Source: a virus
Taxonomy: Duplodnaviria > Caudoviricetes
DNA: 64,000 nucleotides
Strand: one strand, 5' to 3'
IMG/VR virus record: IMGVR_UViG_3300032038_000011
Span: 64,001-128,000 of that record
In this document: positions 56,541-64,000 of the stretch, piece after piece
Position numbering within the stretch: position 1 is the stretch's first letter
Layout: each line of letters opens with the position of its first letter
Notes under the pieces: model-generated
Databases searched by the model: none
The model's input: only the letters and a program-made list of their open reading frames with translations
Told to the model about the DNA's origin: nothing
Position numbers and translations under genes: made by a program

Positions 56541-57556
56541 TAACCTTCTCCACCCTTAGTTTTATTAAAACCAAATTCATTTGATTTGAAAAAATCTATA
56601 TAATATTTTTCTAATTCATTTAACTGCTCTTTATCACAATACATAATAACTTCAATAGTCCAATTCCAAAATCCTGTTTTCCAAATTTCATGATGAACAG
56701 CTTGGTCAGCAATTGTTTTAATTCCAATAGAACTTTTAAAATGGTCTGTAATTCGTTTCTTTATATTAGTACTTTTACCAATATAACATTTTCCACTATC
56801 TATATTAGTGATTTTATAAATGCCAGGTTTATCTTCTATACAAGCGCGTTTAAAAGTTTCATCAATATACGGTTTAACATATTCTGCCCAAACAAGTTTA
56901 TTAATAATATCTGGGTGTTGAACTTTTTGAGAAACAGTTGTGATTAGAAAATTTATATCATCTTTATATTCATCAGGAACTTGTATTGTATAATATAAAC
57001 GCTCCTGTAAATTTTTTTCATATTGCCTTAAAGGTTCTAGTAAAGCTTCATATCTCTGTTGTTGATACAAAGTGTCTGCGAGAATATTATTTTGGCTTTT
57101 TCTCGCGGCTTCAATAACATCTGCAACTTCTTGTTTAAATTTATGTTCTTTTTCTAATTCTTCTCGTTCAAGTTTAATATACTGATTTTTTAAATTTTCT
57201 TCTTTTTCACGCCACAATCGTTCAAAATCTGTATCCATTTCGGACTGCCGTGTATTCTTTTGATGCTCAAAATATATATTTAAATCCTCTGTTTTTTTAT
57301 TTAATTCTTCTCGGTATTTATTTTGAACGGTAAGGATTTTATCTTGATAATCTTCAATTAAATCTTTCTGAGAACAAATATCTTTTTGTAAATCTTTTTT
57401 TCGATTTGATAATTGTTCAAATTGTCGTTTCGCATCTTCGACTAAAAGATTTAAGTTATTTAATTCTTTATAATCGGTTTGAACTTTTTCACTAAGTTTA
57501 ATGCTTAAAATAATAATAATTATAATTAATATTCCTATAATACCATATAATACCAT
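56540..57556 (-). CDS. Membrane-anchored coiled-coil protein with C-terminal GIY-YIG domain
   Basis: N-terminal TM helix, ~160-aa coiled coil, then GIYKITN...YIGKS...R...E.YYI...GFN. Confidence 0.85.
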   Translation of the reverse strand: MVLYGIIGILIIIIIILSIKLSEKVQTDYKELNNLNLLVEDAKRQFEQLSNRKKDLQKDICSQKDLIEDYQDKILTVQNKYREELNKKTEDLNIYFEHQKNTRQSEMDTDFERLWREKEENLKNQYIKLEREELEKEHKFKQEVADVIEAARKSQNNILADTLYQQQRYEALLEPLRQYEKNLQERLYYTIQVPDEYKDDINFLITTVSQKVQHPDIINKLVWAEYVKPYIDETFKRACIEDKPGIYKITNIDSGKCYIGKSTNIKKRITDHFKSSIGIKTIADQAVHHEIWKTGFWNWTIEVIMYCDKEQLNELEKYYIDFFKSNEFGFNKTKGGEG

Positions 57557-57588
57557 CTACATCACAACCACTCCTTTACTTTATAATA

Positions 57589-57617
57589 ATTATAACACGG
57601 TTTTTTAAAAAAGTCAA
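57589..57617 (-). promoter_or_regulatory. Leftward sigma-A promoter
   Basis: TTGACT-N17-TATAAT on the minus strand. Confidence 0.8.
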
Positions 57618-57641
57618 ATATTAAAAGAAAAAGAGCAGGCA

Positions 57642-57794
57642 TTAAGCCTGCTCGTTTTTAAATTTATCAGAATCACAATAAATAGTTCTATAATCTATGC
57701 AATCTTCAGCATAATCAATATTATCTTCATCATACATAAAATCCCAAGGGCACTCTTTTCGCTCAACTTTCCAACGGCATTCATTACAAGTCAT
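57642..57794 (-). CDS. Small Cys-rich protein (50 aa)
   Basis: MTCNEC...C...C directly after the nrdJ stop, followed by a terminator. Confidence 0.6.
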   Translation of the reverse strand: MTCNECRWKVERKECPWDFMYDEDNIDYAEDCIDYRTIYCDSDKFKNEQA

Positions 57795-57795
57795 A

Positions 57796-60033
57796 TTAAC
57801 CGCACTTACTCCATCCACAACTACTACAAATAACACAACCGCCTTCTCTACGAATGGGTTCGCCGCATTCAGGACATTTTTCATTCGTCTCAATTTCAAT
57901 AGCTTTCTTACTTTTTACAATATTTTTTTGAGGTTTTTCTTCTTCTCCGTAATAAAAAGCCTGTAAAGTTTTAGCCATAATATCTGGACAAGATAAACCA
58001 TCTACAGCTTTACTAGTTTTCGCACAAGCTGGACAATAAATACCTTTTAATTGGTCAATAATTTCAGTTACTTTTACTCCGGAACGCAGACCGACAGAAA
58101 TTAATCTATTTACTGCCGCAGTATTAGCTTTACAAATGCCGCCTTTGCTACTTTCAATAAAAGTTTCGACTAAATTACCTTCATCATCACAATTAACTGT
58201 AATATATAAAGTTCCGCAAGCACAATGACGACAATATGTATTACCGTGCGTAGTACCTAAAGTTTTGCGAGAAACTGGAGTAATGGAATCAAAAATTACC
58301 GGGAAATCTTCTGGATGGATTTCTTTTACTGAATTTTTCTTTTCCGTAGTTAGTATTCCTGCACGACGACAATTATTTCTAAAAACAGTAATGCCTTTTA
58401 AACCTTTTTCCCAAGCTTCCATATAAATATTCATAACATCTTCTACAGTTGCTGTTTCAGGAAGATTTACTGTTGAAGAAATTGAAGCGTCAATATACTT
58501 TTGCCAAGTAGCTTGCATATCTATTCTTTGATGGTAATCTAATTCTCCTGCGGTAATAAAATAATCTGGAAGTTGGCTATCATCAGAAAGATGATTTTTC
58601 TCCATATATTTTTTTACAATAGGCGTATAAACTTTATATTCAACATCTTTTCCATAAAGACTTTCAGTTTTACGAGTATAATAATTCGCAAAAATTGGTT
58701 CAATACCGCCACTAATACCTAACATAGTACTTAAAGTTCCAGTTGGTGCAATTGTTAATAATTGACTATTAGCAAGGCCATTTCTTGCAATAATTGCACG
58801 AACTTTATCATTTAAATTATCAAAAAAGAAATCTGATTGATTTAATTTATGAAAATCATATTTAGGAAAAGTTCCTTTTTGAGCAGCTAAATTACAAGAA
58901 GCATATGCAGCAAAATTTAATATATCATGAGCGATAGTATCACATAATTCAAGAGATTCTTTACTACCATAACGTATACCCATTTTAATTAACATATCTG
59001 CAATTCCCATTACTCCAAGGCCAATTTGTCGCCAATTTTTTACACTTTCTTGCTGTTCTGCTAATGGATGTAAAGGAAGTCCTTCATCTAAAACATCATT
59101 TAAAGCTTCTACTGCGATATATACTGTTTCTGCTAAATCATCAAAATCAAAATAAATTGAACCCGCGGGACTTGTTTTTACAAATTCAGATAAATTAATT
59201 GAGCCAAGTAAACAACTTCCTCCTGCTGGAAGTGGTTCTTCCGCACACGGATTTGTTCCAGCATATTCAAAATCTTCAAAGCCAGAAAGTAAATTATGTT
59301 TACTTATTCTATCCCAGAATAACATTCCAGGCTCACCCATATCCCAATTATTATAAGCCATTTTTTTAAATAATTCATAAGCATCAATAGTTTTATTAAT
59401 TACTTCTTCAGTTTCTTCTCTTGTAAAAGATAAAGTATATGGTTTATGATTTTTTGCTGCTTTCATAAAATCATCGAAAACTTTAATAGAAGTATTGGCT
59501 TTTGTAACTCTATTTAAATCACTTTTAATATCTATAAAATCTTCAATATCTGGATGATTACAATTCATAGATAACATTAAAGCACCGCGTCTGCCATTTT
59601 GACTAATAAGCCCTGTAACCATAGAATATAAATCCATAAATGATACTGCTCCGGAGCTTTCTTTCGCCGCATTTCGAACTCTTGCCCCTTTAGGAGCGAG
59701 TTTTGATAAATCTACTCCAACTCCGCCACCATATGAATAAGTTCTTGCGAGACTTTTTGCACAATCAAAAATAGATTCAAGATTATCTTCTGGAGGAGAA
59801 ACTACATAACAATTAGAATATGTAATTTTTGTTGAATCTGCAAGGCCGCGATTTGCTAAAATTCGTCCGCCAAATAAAAATTTCTTATTACGAATTATTT
59901 CTTTAATATTTTCTTTATTGCCACTTATTCTATTTAACCAAGTTTCAAAATCTTCACCATTATGCTGATATTTTCTTTCCCAAATAGAAATACCAATTTC
60001 ATTATCTTTACCAAGCCATTCTTGAATAGTCAT
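57796..60033 (-). CDS. nrdJ: Class II (adenosylcobalamin-dependent) ribonucleotide reductase
   Basis: SNCY, GGGVG, GRRGA, TNPCAE, CLLGSINL, IAPTGT, KGITVFR; C-terminal TSCPD-like domain and Zn ribbon (EGGCVICSSCGWSKC). Confidence 0.93.
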   Translation of the reverse strand: MTIQEWLGKDNEIGISIWERKYQHNGEDFETWLNRISGNKENIKEIIRNKKFLFGGRILANRGLADSTKITYSNCYVVSPPEDNLESIFDCAKSLARTYSYGGGVGVDLSKLAPKGARVRNAAKESSGAVSFMDLYSMVTGLISQNGRRGALMLSMNCNHPDIEDFIDIKSDLNRVTKANTSIKVFDDFMKAAKNHKPYTLSFTREETEEVINKTIDAYELFKKMAYNNWDMGEPGMLFWDRISKHNLLSGFEDFEYAGTNPCAEEPLPAGGSCLLGSINLSEFVKTSPAGSIYFDFDDLAETVYIAVEALNDVLDEGLPLHPLAEQQESVKNWRQIGLGVMGIADMLIKMGIRYGSKESLELCDTIAHDILNFAAYASCNLAAQKGTFPKYDFHKLNQSDFFFDNLNDKVRAIIARNGLANSQLLTIAPTGTLSTMLGISGGIEPIFANYYTRKTESLYGKDVEYKVYTPIVKKYMEKNHLSDDSQLPDYFITAGELDYHQRIDMQATWQKYIDASISSTVNLPETATVEDVMNIYMEAWEKGLKGITVFRNNCRRAGILTTEKKNSVKEIHPEDFPVIFDSITPVSRKTLGTTHGNTYCRHCACGTLYITVNCDDEGNLVETFIESSKGGICKANTAAVNRLISVGLRSGVKVTEIIDQLKGIYCPACAKTSKAVDGLSCPDIMAKTLQAFYYGEEEKPQKNIVKSKKAIEIETNEKCPECGEPIRREGGCVICSSCGWSKCG

Positions 60034-60257
60034 ACAATTCCTCCTGTAGCAAAATGCATTCCACAATACGGACAAGTATCATTTGTTATAGCCCAATTAT
60101 AATTATTATCAAAATGAGGGCATTTTGATTGATTAGCAATAATTTGTTTTTTAATTTCAAAAACTTTATCAGAACGTTCCATTGTAGCTAATGCAATACG
60201 CAATTCACGCTCTAATTTTTCGTGGGTAGCAATAATATCATCTATCATATACGCCAT
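60030..60257 (-). CDS. Small zinc-binding protein
   Basis: CPH...CPYCG. Confidence 0.7.
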   Translation of the reverse strand: MAYMIDDIIATHEKLERELRIALATMERSDKVFEIKKQIIANQSKCPHFDNNYNWAITNDTCPYCGMHFATGGIV

Positions 60258-61327
60258 CTCCCTTGTTTAAAAATTTTATTGAAAGATTGTTCAAATAAAT
60301 CTTTCGCAGAAGGATGAAATTTTAAAAGTAAATCTTTTTCTTCTTTCCATAAATTATTTTTTTTACGTTTATCTATTTTATAATTTAATGAATAATCACG
60401 TCTATTAGTATGACTTATATCAAAAACACTTTCTGCAAGTTGTGATAAATTAATTAATGGATTTTTAAAACCTAAATTTGACTCTTCAAACTTTATTTTA
60501 ATCATTATACCACAACTCCAAAAAGAATACAAGAGATTAAGTTTATAAATAAAATCTCTAAAATACAACATTTGAGTTGGGAAAGAGCCTCCCAATATAA
60601 TATAAACATTAGATGTTTGAGTAATATCTGCTAAAAATTGATTTTTATATTTTTTTAACATATAATAAATTTCATCTAATGGTATATTTAAATCTAAAAT
60701 TATTTCATTAGAACGAGAAAATTTTTGAAAAGACCTTAAAGTAAAATATTCTGTTAAAGTATGACAAATTATAGGGTGTAGTCGAACAATATTCGCGGGA
60801 GAACGATCTGAAATTTTATTTAAAGTATCTTGCCAATCATCATAAAAGAATTTTCTATCATACAAGTAAACTCTTTTTCTTGGAAGTATAGCTGGTAAAG
60901 GAAGTTTATTTTCTCCAGCATAATTACGATAATAAGTATCATCAAGAACGTGAGAAATAACTCTCGCTTTGACACCATCATTATATTTTTGTTTTAAAAA
61001 TTCTTTATAAATAAAAGGTTTTGGAATTGTATAATCAATAATTTCATCTTCAAAAGGAATATAAATTCCATTTGTAAAAGCTGTCCCACCATAAATAATA
61101 TTGTTCGCGCGCAAATAATGCTCTGGGATTTGAGGATTTTTATTTAATTCGCTAAAAAAGTAAATTTTGTCACAGCTACTTAACTCTTGATCTTCAAGAG
61201 TTAGTAGCCGACAAAATTGGTTTTTTTCAGTTTTATAATAAGTTGCGAGTTTCATAATTTCGATATTGGGAATAAGAACAGAAGTCTTATTAGATACGCA
61301 TAAATCATAATCTAATAATCCTATCAT
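60245..61327 (-). CDS. Protein resembling phage radical-SAM-type proteins at the N-terminus but lacking CxxxCxxC
   Basis: MIGLLDYD...PNIEIMKL..YYK...YGGTAF; no cysteine triad. Confidence 0.5.
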   Translation of the reverse strand: MIGLLDYDLCVSNKTSVLIPNIEIMKLATYYKTEKNQFCRLLTLEDQELSSCDKIYFFSELNKNPQIPEHYLRANNIIYGGTAFTNGIYIPFEDEIIDYTIPKPFIYKEFLKQKYNDGVKARVISHVLDDTYYRNYAGENKLPLPAILPRKRVYLYDRKFFYDDWQDTLNKISDRSPANIVRLHPIICHTLTEYFTLRSFQKFSRSNEIILDLNIPLDEIYYMLKKYKNQFLADITQTSNVYIILGGSFPTQMLYFRDFIYKLNLLYSFWSCGIMIKIKFEESNLGFKNPLINLSQLAESVFDISHTNRRDYSLNYKIDKRKKNNLWKEEKDLLLKFHPSAKDLFEQSFNKIFKQGRWRI

Positions 61328-62166
61328 TAAGCATCGACCTCCGCTCTTTCATCATATTCAAATAAACAATTTTTATAAGGTTTTCCATTTTTTAAATGAT
61401 ACGTTAAATTAGCCAAATGACTTTGTGGAGTAGCGTTATTATTGACATTTTCATATAGCCACAAAGCAGCATCTAACTTTTTACGAAAATGTTTAATTTC
61501 GCCAGTTTCAAGATTTGTAATTTTAATTCGTCTGCTAGAACTTAAAACTGGACGAATGTCAGTTACTTTTATTTGATGTTTTTTAAGAAAACCTTTAATT
61601 GTTGGAATACTAACTGAAAAAGTTTCTGCTATTTCTCTCAGATTATATTCTTCTTCAATCATTTGTTTGATTACTTCGATTTGTAATTCTTCGTGGCCTC
61701 GTAGTGGATAATCTTTTCCTTCTAATCGCCACGCTTTTCCTTGGTTGATACGATTTATTTGGGTCTTAGATAAATTATAATTTTGAGCAATTTGGATTAA
61801 TTTATCTGTACTATTTTCTATATCAAACATTATATCTAAGACACGTTGTGGAACAGATTTATTAGTCCAATGCGTTTCAGCCTGATTAATATTATATCCA
61901 TTTGGAACATAAGAATTATAATAAGCAATCCAATAATCTTCTTTATCAGTAAGTTCTTCAATTTCACATTCTTCTAAAATAGAAAATTGAAAATTTTCTA
62001 GCCCATATTTTCGCATAGCTTGATATAAAGGTAAATTTTTTACTTTACTATCACATCTATGCCCACTCCAACGGGCATAGATGTTTTTACTTTGTCCGAT
62101 ATATTTTTTATGATTTATCAAATTTTCTATAAGATAAATACCAGTTTTAATTGTAGTCCGTGCCAT
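61327..62166 (-). CDS. Free-standing GIY-YIG homing endonuclease
   Basis: TGIYLIEN...YIGQS...R...H...E..WI...GYN; C-terminal HTH-like repeats. Confidence 0.88.
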   Translation of the reverse strand: MARTTIKTGIYLIENLINHKKYIGQSKNIYARWSGHRCDSKVKNLPLYQAMRKYGLENFQFSILEECEIEELTDKEDYWIAYYNSYVPNGYNINQAETHWTNKSVPQRVLDIMFDIENSTDKLIQIAQNYNLSKTQINRINQGKAWRLEGKDYPLRGHEELQIEVIKQMIEEEYNLREIAETFSVSIPTIKGFLKKHQIKVTDIRPVLSSSRRIKITNLETGEIKHFRKKLDAALWLYENVNNNATPQSHLANLTYHLKNGKPYKNCLFEYDERAEVDA

Positions 62167-62168
62167 AT

Positions 62169-64000
62169 TTATTCCTCCACAGCAGGTCTTTCATATTGAA
62201 AAGTTAATTCCCCATCCTCTCCTACTGTAAGTATCTTTGCTATGACTGGATACACACTGTTTTTTCTCTTTTTTGGTATAAAATCGGTTCCTCTTCTTAT
62301 GCCCTGCACCATTAACATAGTTCCTTTTGTAAACCAACTTTTCTCAATTACGTGTTTCTTACCATCTTCTCCTTTCTCAGAGATTTGTTTATCATAAATT
62401 GCGTATTGATTTTTATAAATTTTAACTTGAACCACACCTGTTGGAGTAAGAAGTGAAATACTATTTTTTAACTTATTTTTATCAATTACTGTTCCAATAA
62501 GTTTATGAAGTTTAAACACTTTTACTTCCTGACCATTTGAACCTGAGAAACTATACTCAACTTCTGGTTCTTCGCTTAATTCAAAGAAATCATCATAATT
62601 TGAAGCTGCGGCCGCAAGTTCGTGCTCGTGATAGTAAAATGAAATACTATCCATTTCCCATTTACTAATATTACCTTTGCCATACTTTTCAGCTACGTCA
62701 TTAAATAAAGAGTTATTTAACTTTTCTAACATTACTTCTTTATTGTCTTTAAGGTATTGACGCATTGGTTCCATAGCTTTTTTATAAATATTATCCCAAG
62801 TTTTTTGAGAAATATAAGAACCATCTTCTACTAAATCTATATCAAAATGCTCATTAATAAAATTAATTGCTTGTTCATTTAAATAATAATTAATTCCATC
62901 TTTACAAGTCTTTAGATACTTATTAAATAAGAAAAGTTTCGCGTAAAAAATCATTTCTTCAGGAATTAAATCTTTATTAATTAACATTTGCATATTTTGT
63001 AAAGTTAATCTTTGCTTTTGATCTGCGATACTTAAAAGATAATTGTGCATTATTTCTTCCCTAGATTTTCCTTCAATCGCATCAAAAGCTCCAGATTTAA
63101 TTAGATTAATTGTTTGTAATTTATTAGTTCTATTTTTAATCATAAAATCATTAAATGATTCATATGGTCTATTTTTCATAATTAATCTAATTACATCATT
63201 TGAAACTCTTGTAATACCACGAAGTCCATAAGTAATACTATTTTGTTCGACATTTGGTGCAAAAGTAAAACTTGAATTATTAATGTCAGGAGGAAGAATA
63301 TTAATTCCATAAGATTTGAATCGACCAATTGCTCGCGCAGTTTTACCATAATCAACAGTTTTCTTTACTCGCTTAACTTTTTCTTTTGAATCAGTTTTTA
63401 CTTCTTCATCTTCTTCATCATCATCTTCTTCAACTTCTGCCATTACTTCTTCAATGTTTTCTGCAACTTCATCTTGGTCTATATCTTCGGGATTTTCACC
63501 ATCATCTACGCCCGCACTATCAACAATTAGATTTGCTGTATTCCAGAATATAATTGGATAATTACAAGCGAGATTCATATTTTGAAGTCCAACAATACTG
63601 TAAGCTAATGTATGACTTAGGTTAAATGAATAACCTCGCTGGGTATTAACAAGAACATTCCAAAAATAATTACAAAGTTTATTATCAAGATCTTTTTCTT
63701 TAACAGTATCAAAATATTTTTGAGACAATTGTTCATAAAGTTTCGGGTCTTTCTTTGCAATTGATTTGCGAAGCATATCACTGTCTTTTAGACTCCAACC
63801 ACCAAGTTGAGGATCTTGAATCATAGACATAATATCTTCTTGCGAAGCACAAATACCATACTCATAATCAAGATATTTATGAAGAAGTTGTTTTTGCTCG
63901 CTTGTTAATCCATACTGATTCATTTCTTGTTCCCATAACATTGGATTTTTCTTAAAGCGAGCATATTTTTCAAGAGGTTGTTCCGCGCCTTTTTCACTTG
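62169..64000 (-). CDS. dnaE: DNA polymerase III alpha subunit (C family), C-terminal part; continues beyond the window
   Basis: YGICASQE, LRKSIAKK, YSFNLSH..AYS, ILPPDINNS, LIKSGAFD. Confidence 0.92.
   Translation of the reverse strand, partial: SEKGAEQPLEKYARFKKNPMLWEQEMNQYGLTSEQKQLLHKYLDYEYGICASQEDIMSMIQDPQLGGWSLKDSDMLRKSIAKKDPKLYEQLSQKYFDTVKEKDLDNKLCNYFWNVLVNTQRGYSFNLSHTLAYSIVGLQNMNLACNYPIIFWNTANLIVDSAGVDDGENPEDIDQDEVAENIEEVMAEVEEDDDEEDEEVKTDSKEKVKRVKKTVDYGKTARAIGRFKSYGINILPPDINNSSFTFAPNVEQNSITYGLRGITRVSNDVIRLIMKNRPYESFNDFMIKNRTNKLQTINLIKSGAFDAIEGKSREEIMHNYLLSIADQKQRLTLQNMQMLINKDLIPEEMIFYAKLFLFNKYLKTCKDGINYYLNEQAINFINEHFDIDLVEDGSYISQKTWDNIYKKAMEPMRQYLKDNKEVMLEKLNNSLFNDVAEKYGKGNISKWEMDSISFYYHEHELAAAASNYDDFFELSEEPEVEYSFSGSNGQEVKVFKLHKLIGTVIDKNKLKNSISLLTPTGVVQVKIYKNQYAIYDKQISEKGEDGKKHVIEKSWFTKGTMLMVQGIRRGTDFIPKKRKNSVYPVIAKILTVGEDGELTFQYERPAVEE

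Noticed and set aside
61327-62169. Group I intron or intein in dnaE or nrdJ
   Set aside because: The GIY-YIG gene lies after the dnaE stop with no intron core visible; nrdJ motifs are contiguous.
13553-64000. Genome-wide stop-codon recoding
   Set aside because: All long genes, including the 18-kb TMP, are intact in the standard bacterial code.

Overview
This window is part of a large, AT-rich tailed-phage genome, probably a siphovirus of a Firmicutes host (near-consensus TTGACA-N17-TATAAT promoters, AGGAGG ribosome-binding sites). It has four zones. (1) 1-11.3 kb is an early/accessory array of small self-contained units (promoter, one or two tiny genes or a structured RNA, terminator). The units are separated by 25 copies of a 34-bp quasi-palindrome, TGTWAATTAG-N5-MCGK-N5-CTAATTWACA, with an invariant central CG. 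The element is helically phased to the -35 boxes (10 or 20-22 bp gap), but it also sits between convergent genes where there is no promoter. This zone also holds a tRNA-Lys, a split tRNA, a PD-(D/E)XK homing endonuclease and candidate ncRNAs. (2) 11.3-13.3 kb is an abruptly GC-rich leftward operon with a boxA-like leader and inter-gene hairpins, possibly first-injected DNA next to a genome end. (3) 13.5-52.8 kb is a rightward morphogenesis operon: terminase, portal, protease/scaffold, capsid, neck, two tail-tube paralogues, a giant ~5970-aa tape measure, Dit and Tal. (4) 52.8-64 kb is a leftward replication and nucleotide-metabolism block: RuvC-like resolvase, dUTPase, class II RNR, two GIY-YIG proteins and DnaE. 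The most striking feature is the palindrome-delimited cassette array. No recombinase or obvious cognate regulator is recognisable in the window. All calls come from reading the sequence by eye, without database searches.
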